Source of the DNA: Balanoglossus misakiensis
Lineage: Eukaryota; Animalia; Hemichordata
NCBI GenBank assembly: GCA_040954595.2
Contig: CM082584.2
Coordinates: forward strand, 2,015,344 to 2,079,343
Direction: 5' to 3'
Length of the DNA stretch: 64,000 nt
Under the pieces are notes generated by a model that had not been told where the DNA came from, did no database searches, and saw only the letters and a list, made by a program, of their open reading frames with translations. Made by a program: the position numbers and the translations under genes. Positions within the stretch are counted from its first letter, which is position 1, and each line of letters begins with the position of its first letter. Shown in pieces: positions 25,415 to 38,638 of this stretch.

Positions 25415-25748
25415 AACTGTGGATAAGGTAGGTTAGCGATAATCTCAGAAATCGTGACAATACCTCTGAATGGGTCAGTTCCGCTGTCTCAAGGATCGTG
25501 AAAGTCAAAGTGTACCACTTGAATAAACGTACAGTCCGCTGTCAGTGTCGCTTGACACTACGGAAGGGAATAGCGTCCCGTGTCCAGCCTGCTGCTCCGC
25601 CGAATGCAAAAGTGGCAATGACAAGCCCGGGAAACTTTCCCTCCGGCGGGCTTCAGACAGCATATGATTGGTGGGCACATGGACCCCTACTGTCCCCACC
25701 GCGCCTTAAACAGCGCTCACTTAGAGCTACTCCTTTACATCGCTGACC

Positions 25749-26808
25749 CAGTGTTTTCTCCAGGATGTTGAGAGAAGGGGGGAATGTTCCCCCTTAGTCT
25801 AAAATTAAGGGGGGATTTGGTCAAAATAGGGGGGAATCATGATTTGCATAATTTATGTTACTTAGGTAAATATCAAGTAATGACCATTTTGAATAATAAA
25901 TTAGTAGGTTTTGCAGAGGAACAATCCAGCTTGCATAACTTTCAGGGCGTGTAATTTAAAAAATGCTGGAGAGCTGAAAATAACTTTCCTGAAATTTTTT
26001 ACACAAGTGGTAGGAGAGTGACTAAGAACTGCTCCCCTGGCAAGGAGAGTGAAATGAATAAAATGAATGCAACTGCAAAAACAATAGTGTCTTTCTTTAA
26101 TACTATACCTGGGAAAAAATTATCTTGTTTGCTTTTAAAAGTTTCAGTTTAGCTGCCAAAATATTAGATTGTGAAACCATTAATAGTGGAATAAATTGAA
26201 GTGGTATATTTTCCTTCAGATTTCTGCAGTACACTTCCCCATCTGTACGTGGCTAGGCACACTACTCAAAGTAAACAGTCTCTGTACATATTGAATGACT
26301 TTCCTTCCTAAGTAAGAAAACGAGGTCACGGAAAAATTATACATCCTTGATAATCGCCATGGCATGAACGCAGTTCTCTTAATTTGCACAAAATTGTTAC
26401 GTTCTGCCAACCCAATTTCAAAGGTCACCATAACAACAAGTTCACTTGAATGTGTGCTCTAAATTTAGACGGTGTCCAGATAGAACTCTTTGGCTGTTCC
26501 AATAATTGCACACTATAGCCCTGGAGCTAAAGTACACATAATTGAATGTGAAAGACATCTACAACATAGTTTTGGGGGTGGGAAGTTAAAATGTATAGGC
26601 CAGCATGCAGTAATATCGGCCATTTTCCCAGTGTTTTGACTGACAGTGCATGCTATGGAGGCATGGACGCACAAGTACTGGCTAGGTGGGCTGCTCTAGA
26701 AAGGGGCGATTGAATCGCCCCTTGTAACAAGTTCAAGGGGCGATTCAAGTGTAAAAGAGGGGGAATCGAGGGGGAATCACGCAATCGCACGTCCTGGAGA
26801 AAACACTG
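25749..26808. mobile_element. hAT-like non-autonomous element
   Basis: TIRs cagtgttttctccagga / tcctggagaaaacactg, subterminal gggggaatc and ggggcgatt repeats. Absent from the paralog at about 30920. Flanks ctgacc/cttacc. Confidence 0.8.
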
Positions 26809-27813
26809 CTTACCTCACCCAACATGGCAGCCAATTGTTTTGCAGTAAATCCACTGTAATTAATACTATCTTGACTTGGCAAGGGATGTGGAGGAGAGTT
26901 GCAGATCAATATACAATGTTTCTGTTCATATATAGACTAGATTGCATGTATAGCTCAACAGAATAATATTGAAGGTCAGAATGCTTTTGATGAGGAAACA
27001 ACACACCAACTGCGAGATTATATCTTCTTTGGAGAATTCAATCATTTCATGTTTGTCAAGATACTTTGCAACTGGTGTATTGTTCTCTCATCAAAAGCAT
27101 TCTGACCTTCAATATGACCAGACTGTAAAACGGATTATTTTCATGAAAGGAAATTTTTCGCGACATTAAAAGACCAAACTGTTACGCGAGGATTAATTTT
27201 CACATTCTCGTATTTCATTGCATCTTTATCTACGAAAAACATTTCACGCGACTTTTTATTTTCACGTTTGTTGGTTCTCGCATATTTCGCGAAAACTTTA
27301 TTGCTCGCAAAAACAAACTGTTTTTTGTGGTATGGTAATTTAACAGTAAAACACAGGTGCAAGCTTTCTCTTATTGTGAGTATGGCAGAGAAAGTTTTTG
27401 AGTGCTGTCGAAATTCTCTGGCAAACACTGAAGGATTATGGAACTGAAAATGTTGATATTATACAGTGAAACCTGTCAATAAGACATCTCTCTAATCAGT
27501 ACACCACTCTATTAAGGAAAGATTGTTCAAGACAGAAGTAATAGTTGAAATAGATGCACATTTCTATTAAAGGGACAAAGTCTCTCTCTCGCTGCCCTTT
27601 TTTTCCATTATGTTTGATACAAGAGACATTTTATGTTAATGTACATATGTATATGTAGTGAATGAATGTTCAACCATACACAATTTCCATCCCGCTTGAA
27701 TGATATGAGCATAAAAACTCGCCCAAAATGAATAAATGATAGAGACCGATTGTTCATATTGGTGAGGTTTTTTTCACTCTCGTGGCTACAAGCAGGGTGG
27801 AAGTTGTGTGTGG

Positions 27814-30800
27814 TCATGACACTGGCGTATTATACCATTGATGGAGGATATGAAAAGGGGAACTTGAAAATTTTTTTCCTCCGGTTTTGGCAATGTATAA
27901 TCGAACTCATGGTAAATGACTGCCATGGCAACATAACATATATGACAGTCAACTATGTGTTTGTGGCCACCTCTATGTAGTGGCAACTTTGTTTCATTTC
28001 ATGTACATGTACATTGCACATTTATTGACCAGTCTATAGAAGCCACCTGTCTATAAATGTCAGTTTTGGAAGTCCCTTGACTGGCCAGTATAGACAGGTT
28101 TGACTGTACCTACCTCTTTGTGGCCATTTCTGTCGTGACTGTGAGTTGATAGGATTCACAGCAGCAATTGGTGGCATCTTACTGAACTGACTAGCATTTG
28201 CCATTTGCATGACACCCTCTGCGGCTTTCAGTGCAGCAGCTGGTGCATGCTGGGAAGTCATCTTTGGTGGTGAAGTTGCCTGTCCAAAAAGAGTAACAAA
28301 CCTAGTTAATATGAAGCATTATCAAGGCCAGTATTCAAAACCCCATTTTAAATTCATGACTTCAATTTTTGATTCGATGTTGAGCTTGCAACTCTCTAAG
28401 TCCTATTTTCAACACACATACCCACATTAGGGCTTATCAACATTAATCTCATTAAAAATTGAAATTGATCACTGAGTCTCAGGCATTATCCAAAAGAGTC
28501 TTTGCATTCACAGAGTGGGTTTCTAGCAACCAAAACAGAAGTTTTGAATGTGTTTTGAAACAATAGTTTACTGTATAGAAAATGGTAACACAAGGCTATG
28601 TGAAACAGTCATAAAAAGCTTTCAATTCACAAGATGGGTAACTAGAAACAGCTAATTTAAATCACATAGACAACAACTGTACCTGAGTGGACAAAAATTG
28701 TCTCATGGGGATACTTGAGGCAGTCACATTGGGTTGTTGTGTCCTGTTTGCTGTGACAGTGGATACTGGTTGGTTTGGTAAACTGGTAGGCTGGGCAACA
28801 GGCATTGATGACCTTTTACCTTGGCCCTGCATCTGGGGCTGACTCGGTTGAGTCAGTTTCTGTTGAGAGGATGACAGTTGTTGTGGAGACTGACTTCCAA
28901 TTTGACTTGGTCGTCCAGGTAACAGATGATTAGTTGGTGTGGCATCTGCAGTAAAAAGATCTAGTTGATTTATTTATGAACTGTAAAACGGGAAATTTCT
29001 GTGACAAGAAATTTTCGCAATATCAATAGAGACAGCTGTTATGCTACAATTAAATTTCGCATTCTTATATTTCACTAACTTCACCAATATCCCCGAAAAA
29101 CATTTTTATATGACTTTTTAATTCGCATTTGTTGGTTCTCGCGAAGTTTACAAAAATTTCCCATTAGACAGTAATTCATCAATCGCAAACACAGAAAATA
29201 TGTCTAGTAGAAAGACTAGAACAGGTGCAAATCACCTCTACAAAGCCAGTCTCCCAAGAGCAATGAGAAGTAAAGTGCCTCGCTCAAGGGCACAATATCG
29301 CGGTCATGAAGTCACCATCCTCAGATAGAAAATCCACTGTAGGAAATTTTTCTGATCGATGCACCTGGTCCTGCACATATTTCCTACTTTGAATACCCCA
29401 TGATTCTCTGTTTCTCTGTTCATTCTACGTGTACAGCTGATGAAGGGGACTACAGCTCATGCTGTATTTTCAACTCGTTGATCACAGAGTGCTATATAAC
29501 TTTAACTAATATTGTAGTGAAGATCAACATGGCAATATTCTACTATATCTCACACTTCACTTGGTGGTCTAATTATGTGCGGACCTAATTTGACAAATGT
29601 CTCATAAGCAACACTGGAGACTTTACCTGGAGTTGAACTCCCAACAGTTGATTTGAGAGGATTTGAGGTCATACTGGAGGTAGATGCTGTAAACATGGTA
29701 ACTGTTGATGCGGGTTTCAATGGCTGTGTTGTGGTAGTGGTTGTAGACACTGAAGTGGTTGCTATGGTTTTAGGTTTCACGATGGCAACCTCTTATGTAT
29801 CACCACTTGACACAGATTTTTCTGAAACACAATCATGAGAAAAATTGAAGATTATAGAGTTGATGTGAAATTCTTCTGCGGATTTACACAATGTCACTAA
29901 ACTTGTCTTGAACCTGTACCAGTGTTTCATCCAGGATGCAACCATGGAAACTGATTTCTCATCTACCAGCAATTTTCAGGAGGATGTGTAATTCATTGGC
30001 CAGGCATTGACATGATGGGGAATAAAATGCTTGGCTTGTGAAAGTACTGCAACAGAATACACTGCATCACTCGCGAAAATAACTTCTGTAAGGCACAGTT
30101 CGTGTGCAGAGGTCATGAAGTACTATCATATTTAGTATTAGCCAACCAAGAGCGCATAATAATTTGTGATGTGTAATAAATATTATTAAATATATTACAA
30201 CCATTTCATGGAAGTACCGATTTCGAGTAACATTTTAACAAACCACAAAATGATGAATTGGTTGTAAATGGCCACATAAACAAGTTATATATTTGACCTG
30301 TGAACTTTAGAATCAGGATGGTATGATTGCAAATATTTGCATAGCAACAGATACCTACCAGCAAGTTGATAACCTTTGAGAAGTATCATGTGGTGTGGAT
30401 CAGCCGCATAATCCTTCATAGGTACCATCTGTACTTCACGCTTTGTTGCTAAGTTTTTGGAGTTCAGGCAGTTTGCGGGGTGATATGATTGAGGAATGGA
30501 CTCCTCTGTGTCAAAATACAACATTTGCTAAGAATCAAAATGTGGCATCCACATGTGAAGTCGTTACTGATGCAACAAAAACAATTCAAAATTCAAAACA
30601 AAGAGTTTTTGAGACTTGAGTTGTTGTCATCTTTTTGAAGACAATCCGAACATTGGGCATTCCTCATCTTTAATAAAAAAATAGTTGCCCCCAGCAAATA
30701 TACAAGTTCAATTTAATAATCACATACATTCTAGAAAATGTTCCCAAAACGATGCATTTAGATGTAAAACACATTTCAATCAATCAAAGTTTATTATAAA

Positions 30801-32843
30801 ACCAGATTCCAAGAAAATACAGCTGTTCAATGGGGCTTAGTGTTTTTTTTCATCTTCCCTTGTCAGGTTGATCTGACTATTGTTAGTATGCAGTGTTGTA
30901 TGAAATGTTTTACATCGCTTACTTACCTCACCCAACATGGCAGCCAATTGTTCTGCAGTAAATCCACTGTAATTAATACTATCTTGACTTGGCAAAGGAT
31001 ATGGAGGAGAGTTGCAGATCAATATACAATGTTTCTGTATTGGTGTGCTGTATACAAAGAGAAGATAAAACAATATTTTGTTATTGGCAGTATTGTCAGT
31101 CAGTGTTTTTTTTTAACCCTTCCACCCCAATTCCCTCTTCAGAGGTCCAACCTTACCATAGAAAACAATGCTGTTGGACTGAACCATTGTGGTGATCAGG
31201 GTAATGTAACCAGGGTTCCCCAGTCATTTTGTTAGCATTCCTTATGGTACCATAAATGCAGTCATATTAATGGTAAGACAGGTGTTACATGGGGTTTCAA
31301 AATCACTTATTGCTCCCCCCCCCCCAACAATAGCCAAAATACTGTCAATGTTATCCAAATTCTTATTTCACACCTGTTACAACTAACAAAGTATCTGTCG
31401 CAGTCATTTTATGCTCTTTTAGTATTTAGGATATGTTACCGATGATAAAATCGCCTCTGAACATATATAGACTAGATTGCATGTAAAGCTCAAGAGAATA
31501 ATATTGAAGGTCAGAATGCTTTTGATGAGGAAACAACACACCAACTGCGAGATTATATCTTCTTCAGAAAATACCATCATTTTTATGTTAGTCAAGATAC
31601 TTTGCAACTGGTGTATTGTTCTCTCATCAAAAGCATTCTGACCTTCAATATTACTGTAAAACGGATTATTTTCGTGACAGGAAATTTTTGCGATATTAAA
31701 AGAGGCAACTGTTATGCGAGGATTAATTTTCATGTTCTTGTATTTCATTGCATCTTTATCTCCGAAAAACATTTTACGCAACTTTTTATTTTCACATTTT
31801 GTTGGCTCTCGCGTATTTCGCAAAAATTAGTTGCTTGCGAAAATAACCCGTTTTACAGTATTTTGTGGTGTGGTAATTTAACAGTAAAACACAGGTGCAA
31901 GCTTTCTCTTATTGTGAGTATGGCAGAGAAAGTTTTTGGCTGCTGTCAAAATTTTCTGACAAAGACATCCAGAAGGATTATGAAACTGAAAATGTTGATA
32001 ATACAGTGAAACCTGTCAATTAATACAGACATCTCTCTAATCAGGACACCTCTCTATTAAGGAAAGATTGTTCAAGACAAGAGTAATGGTTTGAATAGAA
32101 TATTACATGCACATTTCTGTTAAAGGGACAAAGTCTCTCTCTCGCTGCCCTTTTTAGGTCCCATTGGTATAGGCCTATATACCATGGGACCTTATGGGAT
32201 TGGTTGCGTCTGTATGTATGTATGTATGGATGGATGTATGGATGTATGTCCGTCCACATCAAAAACTTGAAAACCACTGTGTGTATCACCTTGATATTTG
32301 GTGTGCACATGCAGGCTGGGCTGTAGATGGGAGTTTGTTCAAATAAAGTTGTCGTTGCCAAAAATATGCAAATTAGCTGGAAAAATGTGAACTTAGTCAA
32401 AACTCAGTAACTCAAGAACTACTGGTCAGATTGCTTTGCGAAGTGGTGTGTATTTACTTTATTGAGTTGTTTATATACACAGGAAATTCCTGAATGATTA
32501 CATAACTGGCTAAGTTTTAAAGAGGCCAGCTGTTCTATTTAGTGTGTGTGTCTGTCAGTATATCGCCATTTACTCCGGTGTAGACTTTTTCTTGTGTATT
32601 CCCTCAATGGGACCACTGTGTCCTTGACGCGATTTTTTCCATTATGTTTGATACAAGAGACATTTTATATTAATGTACATGTGTATATGTAGTTAATGAA
32701 CGTTCAACCATACACAATTTCCATCCCACTTGAATGATATGAGCATAAAAACTCGCATAAAATGAATAAATGATAGAGACCGATTATTGGCGTGTGTTTT
32801 TTATCACTCTGGTGGCTACAAGCAGGGTTGAAGTTGTGTGTGG
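27814..32843. repeat. Tandem duplication copy D
   Basis: Colinear with 15711-27813, without its three large insertions. Confidence 0.9.
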
Positions 32844-33265
32844 TGAAACATTGATTCACTATATATCCACATGTAGAATAACAGAAATGGTGCCCTGTAA
32901 CAAACCTAATTCATGGAAAAGGGGCAGCGAGGGAGAGAATTTGTCCCTTTAAGGACACCTCTCTATTAAGGACACATTTTGTGGTCCCAGAGGTGTCCTT
33001 CCTAGGCAGGTTTCAATGTACTTCACATCTCAGTTGTACTCCACTGTCTGTATGGAATCATTTCCTGGTTGACATGGTGAACTTTACAAAAACAGATAAA
33101 CCACCAAAAAAAGTCAGGGCCATATGTAGAGAATGATCTTGAAACTCAGAATTTTACCATAATTACCTTGAATATCGTAAACTCTTCATATCGTCAAATA
33201 ACTGCAATGCAGTACTCAGACCTTCAGAAATCATACCATATTTCTCACCTGCTCCTGACAACAAT
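28113..33265 (-). pseudogene. MED25: MED25-like pseudogene exons, copy D plus upstream exon (33167-33265, 30927-31047, about 30359-30507, then low-complexity exons)
   Basis: 99-nt exon LLSGAGEKYGMISEGLSTALQLFDDMKSLRYS splices in frame to the 121-nt exon TPIQKHCILICNSPPYPLPSQDSINYSGFTAEQLAAMLGE, matching recalled MED25 vWA motifs EGLSTALQLFDD and CLLICNSPPY. The next exon has a mutated acceptor, a frameshift and a stop. Confidence 0.88.
32124..32948. mobile_element. Kolobok-type MITE (further copies at about 27570-27813 and 57453-57795)
   Basis: TTAA|agggacaaa...ctcgctgccc and gggcagcgag...tttgtccct|TTAA. Nested in a cagtgaaacctg-type MITE (about 32003-33019) and itself interrupted at about 32155-32630. 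Confidence 0.75.
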
Positions 33266-33426
33266 CTGAAATACAACAACAATCATTTAACAAAAGGTAT
33301 ATGTAAACAATGTCTACTCTGATTGTAGACAGATTTGATTAAACATTTTATGAAACATTTAAAGGTAGGAACCTCTAATAAAAGCAAGTGAGTCAAAAGT
33401 CAAAAAGAGCGACTTTGTCCCTTTAA

Positions 33427-33511
33427 CCCTTTCACCCCAAGTTCCTTCTATACAGGTCAAACCTTTTCATAGAAAACAATGGGTTTTGACTGAACCTTGG
33501 TTGTGAAAGGG
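33427..33511. mobile_element. piggyBac-type mini-MITE (degenerate relative at about 31116-31202)
   Basis: TTAA|ccctttcac...gtgaaaggg|TTAA, 85 bp. Confidence 0.7.
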
Positions 33512-35057
33512 TTAATGGGCTTCCATAATTAGTGTTCTTTAAAATTAGAGGGTGGTACTTAGGGGTTATTACACTAAATTTGGTGAGAACAATAGAAAGT
33601 GGCAAATTCAGGCTCTGCATGTATGATACTAATGACAATTAGCCTTCTGCTTTAGAATCATCACCATTAAGCTATATTGATTGTATCCGCATCAGTTTAT
33701 CATCTTTTGCTAATGCATAACACGACTGTTGTGTACTCTTTGAATGGAGGCTGATTAAATCGGTGTGACACCCATTTAAAATAACACTAAATAACACAAA
33801 ACTACAATGTGTGCGCGCAAATATTTTGTCACAGTTGCGTGACATGCACACACAAAAAATCCATTGAAAGATAACAGCGGGCGAGGCTATCTGGAGCGCC
33901 TTGTCAAGGTTGGCCGGTCAGGCGCCCTGTACACATGTACGCGTACGCGCGCTTGTATGCTGTAGCAGGACGCACAATGATGTACGTGCGGTAACCTAGG
34001 CCACAAACTTGACACGTGTCGGGCTATAATTTATGCACACAGAAGCCATTAGATATAACAAAGCAAGTAGGGCTTCTGGGTCATTTTCCTTGATGATATA
34101 ACACAAGAATTCCATATCTTGTCTGTACTTAATATGTATCGGGGGGGGACCACTGTACACAGTCTCTTTCATGATGTTTATGTACTTTATTCGCTACATT
34201 CTAAATGATATTTTTTGTGTTGGGCCATCTAGACATGAAGGGAGAACTCATTCAAGTATGTTTATCTGAAAGCCTGCTTGTCTATCGCTATTTTGTTGCA
34301 CGTAATTCAAATACAATTTCACGAAAAAAAAATTGGCTCTTTGCGTGCACTGCGCGTAAAAAAATAAAATATCAAACGCAAGCCCAGTAGAAATTCCAAA
34401 TTACCTATGATATGATTTCATAATAATTCTAAAGAAGCCAATCCCATTAACTTACAACTAAAATTTATAGAAATCAGCCATACAGTGTACACTTTCTGAG
34501 AAATATAATTTTTTATCAAAATTGGTAAATATACCCCCAAAATACAAGACATTGCCCCCACAAAACATTGACACTTTCATCATAGGTTTTGTAAATCATC
34601 ATGACAACTCACCATGGAACCTTCAAATCAAATTTCAAAGCAATGGGGTAGAGGGTTCTGAGAAAGAGTTTTGACCAAAAATGGCAAAATTCACCCCAAA
34701 AATATACTATTGAATTCTACAAATTGATTTGACAAACACACATCTCTATGCCTACCAAATTTCAAAGCAATCTGACAAATGGTTTTACAGAAAAAAATTG
34801 ATCAAAAAGGCAAAATTTGCACCAAAATTATAAATTTGCAAATTTTGCAGCAAATTTAAACAAAACTTTGATAACTCACATCACCTATATAAAGCCCCAT
34901 ACTAAATTTCAAAGAAGTCAGGTCATCAATTCCAGAAAAGTAGATTTTTTACCAAAAATGTGGAAAAAGACAAAAAAATACATAAATTATAGAAAATTCA
35001 AACTATTAGTTCAAAACATACACAACTATGGCAAGCCTCAGGGGTCTTAAGTATAGC

Positions 35058-35850
35058 AATAGTAGTATTTAATGTTGAAGTAGTACGATTATATTTTGAT
35101 TTGTTAATATATTATAAATAAATAGTAGTATTTAATGTTGAAGTAGTACGATTATATTTTGATTCGTTAATATATTATAAATAAATAGTAGTATTTAATG
35201 TTGAAGTGGTACGATTATATTTTGATTCGTTAATATATTATAAATAAATAGTAGTATTTAATGTTGAAGTGGTACGATTATATTTTGATTCGTTAATATA
35301 TTATAAATAAATAGTAGTATTTAATGTTGAAGTAGTACGATTATATTTTGATTTGTTAATATATTATAAATAAATAGTAGTATTTAATGTTGAAGTAGTA
35401 CGATTATATTTTGATTCGTTAATATATTATAAATAAATAGTAGTATTTAATGTTGAAGTAGTACGATTATATTTTGATTCGTTAATATATTATAAATAAA
35501 TAGTAGTATTTAATGTTGAAGTGGTACGATTATATTTTGATTCGTTAATATATTATAAATAAATAGTAGTATTTAATGTTGAAGTAGTACGATTATATTT
35601 TGATTCGTTAATATATTATAAATAAATAGTAGTATATAATGTAGAAGTAGTACGATTATATTTTGATTCGTTAATATATTATAAATAAATAGTAGTATTT
35701 AATGTTGAAGTAGTACGATTATATTTTGATTCGTTAATATATTATAAATAAATAGTAGTATTTAATGTTGAAGTGGTACGATTATATTTTGATTCGTTAA
35801 TATATTATAAATAAATAGTAGTATATAATGTTGAAGTAGTACGATTATAT
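35058..35850 (+). repeat. 63-bp subterminal tandem array (12 full units plus a partial)
   Basis: Unit aatagtagtatttaatgttgaagtagtacgattatattttgattcgttaatatattataaata. Confidence 0.97.
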
Positions 35851-35969
35851 GACACTTTGCAAGTATTATTATTATTTACTTGTTTACTACCTCACTAGAG
35901 GGCGCACAATTTTATTGTCGGCCATTTTCTGTTTGTTTTGCGCGTCTCTGGCAGTCGCAGTCGAAAGAG

Positions 35970-36164
35970 ATGGATATCGAGGCAATATTGCACGAAATAA
36001 ATTTGGCAACGTTGGTAGAGAGGTTCAAATATGAGCGGATTGAAGCTCCCACCGTTCTTTCCATGACGGAAGGGGAAATAAAGAGATTGGGAGTTACAAG
36101 AGCAGGTGATCGAGTGCGACTCCGAGACCTTTGCAAGGAAGCAACTCAGCCGTCACCGGCCTAG
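35970..36164 (+). pseudogene. Truncated SAM-like N-terminus of an IS3EU second gene (mirror copy 37658-37852, minus strand)
   Basis: MDIEAILHEINLATLVERFKYERIEAPTVLSMTEGEIKRLGVTRAGDRVRLRDLC shows a SAM pattern and resembles the start of the protein at 44449. The stop is the TAG of an inserted element end at 36162. Confidence 0.7.
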
Positions 36165-36333
36165 CTCTGCGTACAGGTCTGTGTGTTCCTGGCGTTACAC
36201 AGCCTCCACCACAGCCCTGCAAGGCGCCATAGAAAAAACTGGTGCTTCTGCGGTCCGGATCCGGACTGCAGCTTTTTCGGCCGAAATTCGATTTTATCGA
36301 AGCAAAATCCTTTCCCTGTCTACTTCTGCCCCC

Positions 36334-36541
36334 TAACCGACTCCAAATATGATGCGATTAACTTGTCCTAACGTCCGAACCGCTCGCTTTCTAAAACTTT
36401 TTTGTTTACCCATGGAGATAAACTCGCTGTAAGCTTTATATTTAATATGGCGATCTCAACATGTAAACACACAAAAATGAATCAAACGCGAGTGGTTCGG
36501 ACGTTAGGACAAGTTAATCGCATCATATTTGGAGTCGGTTA
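36334..36541. mobile_element. MITE with TIRs of about 53 bp at the palindrome axis
   Basis: taaccgactccaaatatgatgcgattaacttgtcctaacgtccgaacc and its reverse complement ending at 36541. Confidence 0.8.
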
Positions 36542-37485
36542 GGGACCGTTCAGTTTTTACGGCCGGGGGGGGGGGGGGCGGCAAAATCCAGGGGGGGGGT
36601 CACTTGAATTTTGAAGTCCACAAGGGGGGGGGGGGGGGTCATCTGGTTTTTTTAAACGTTTAGGGGGGGGGGGTCACATACTTTCGCCACCGAACTTTTG
36701 CTTTTGAGTCCACAAAATTGCAGTTTCGCACCCTTTATTTTACAAATAAACACCCCCTCCCACACCCACCCCCTTCATTATCCGCCACATGTCATTTTTT
36801 GCTGGTTTGTCTAGTGAACCAGGGCAGACTGCTTGCCACCCCAAAACCCACCGATGATAAAATTTAACAAAGTGAATACATAAAGGAGAATAATTGTTTA
36901 AACCATTTTGCATAACTGATAGTTTCGCGCTGCATCTTCTATATACTAGAAGTTTTAAATGATGTCATGGCGAAGATGACGCCAAATCTTCTAACTTTGA
37001 GTGGAGTGGCAAAAAGTAAAATTGGTCCTCCCAAACATTGAGATAATTTGCTTTTGACTTCATTAAAATGCAACTTTACGCTACATATTTTACAAAATTT
37101 TCTTATGTGGGAGGGGTTGTCCCCCTCCCACACCGACCCCCGTCACTTTTCTTGTTTTACCGATTCGTGCAACTATTGTATTGACTTGTCATTTTAATTT
37201 GTTCATAGATTTCTTTATTGCAATGATATACTATTATATACTTCAATAATACTTTAAGAAATTTATAATTGAGGTGTGAGGAGCCTCATTCCCTTTATTG
37301 CATACAGTGTACATAGGATCAGGACGGCGAATGTTTTGGGCGTGGGGGGGGGGTCATCATATTTTTGGGTCTGTCAAGGGGGGGGCATCATTTTTTGGTC
37401 CTGGGTGAAGGGGGGTCGGCCTGATTTTGAGAACCGATGACACAAACTTGCCGCCCCCCCCCTGCCGTAAAAACTGAACAGTCCC
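36542..37485. mobile_element. PIF/Harbinger-type MITE
   Basis: TTA|gggaccgttcagtttttacggc...gccgtaaaaactgaacagtccc|TTA. Confidence 0.85.
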
Positions 37486-37971
37486 TTAGGGGGCAGAAGT
37501 AGACAGGGAAAGGATTTTGCTTCGATAAAATCGAATTTCGGCCGAAAAAGCTGCAGTCCGGATCCGGACCGCAGAAGCACCAGTTTTTTCTATGGCGCCT
37601 TGCAGGGCTGTGGTGGAGGCTGTGTAACGCCAGGAACACACAGACCTGTACGCAGAGCTAGGCCGGTGACGGCTGAGTTGCTTCCTTGCAAAGGTCTCGG
37701 AGTCGCACTCGATCACCTGCTCTTGTAACTCCCAATCTCTTTATTTCCCCTTCCGTCATGGAAAGAACGGTGGGAGCTTCAATCCGCTCATATTTGAACC
37801 TCTCTACCAACGTTGCCAAATTTATTTCGTGCAATATTGCCTCGATATCCATCTCTTTCGACTGCGACTGCCAGAGACGCGCAAAACAAACAGAAAATGG
37901 CCGACAATAAAATTGTGCGCCCTCTAGTGAGGTAGTAAACAAGTAAATAATAATAATACTTGCAAAGTGTC

Positions 37972-38638
37972 ATATAATCGTACTACTTCAACATTAAATA
38001 CTACTATTTATTTATAATATATTAACGAATCAAAATATAATCGTACTACTTCAACATTATATACTACTATTTATTTATAATATATTAACGAATCAAAATA
38101 TAATCGTACTACTTCAACATTAAATACTACTATTTATTTATAATATATTAACGAATCAAAATATAATCGTACTACTTCAACATTATATACTACTATTTAT
38201 TTATAATATATTAACGAATCAAAATATAATCGTACTACTTCAACATTAAATACTACTATTTATTTATAATATATTAACGAATCAAAATATAATCGTACTA
38301 CTTCAACATTAAATACTACTATTTATTTATAATATATTAACGAATCAAAATATAATCGTACTACTTCAACATTAAATACTACTATTTATTTATAATATAT
38401 TAACGAATCAAAATATAATCGTACTACTTCAACATTAAATACTACTATTTATTTATAATATATTAACGAATCAAAATATAATCGTACTACTTCAACATTA
38501 AATACTACTATTTATTTATAATATATTAACGAATCAAAATATAATCGTACTACTTCAACATTAAATACTACTATTTATTTATAATATATTAACGAATCAA
38601 AATATAATCGTACTACTTCAACATTAAATACTACTATT
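37972..38638 (-). repeat. 63-bp tandem array, inverted (10 full units plus a partial)
   Basis: Reverse complement of the array at 35058. Confidence 0.97.

Larger units (their letters stand above)
20833..25735 (-). mobile_element. Ngaro-type YR retrotransposon with split direct repeats
   Basis: A1 25569-25733, B1 21280-21418, A2 21115-21279, B2 20833-20971 (A1-ORFs-B1A2-B2 on the minus strand). Gag with a CCCH finger, RT/RNaseH without MT, and YR. Empty site aaatgtTTtacatcg at about 30910. Confidence 0.93.
15711..27813. repeat. Tandem duplication copy C (paralog of 27814-32843) carrying MED25-like exons plus Crypton, Ngaro and hAT-like insertions
   Basis: Both copies begin catgacactg..gtattataccattgat and end gaagttgtgtgtggt. 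Head-to-tail junction at about 27813. Confidence 0.9.

Noticed and set aside
35058-38638. 63-bp arrays as satellite, telomeric or CRISPR repeats
   Set aside because: There are no spacers, and they are subterminal repeats inside a TSD-flanked element.
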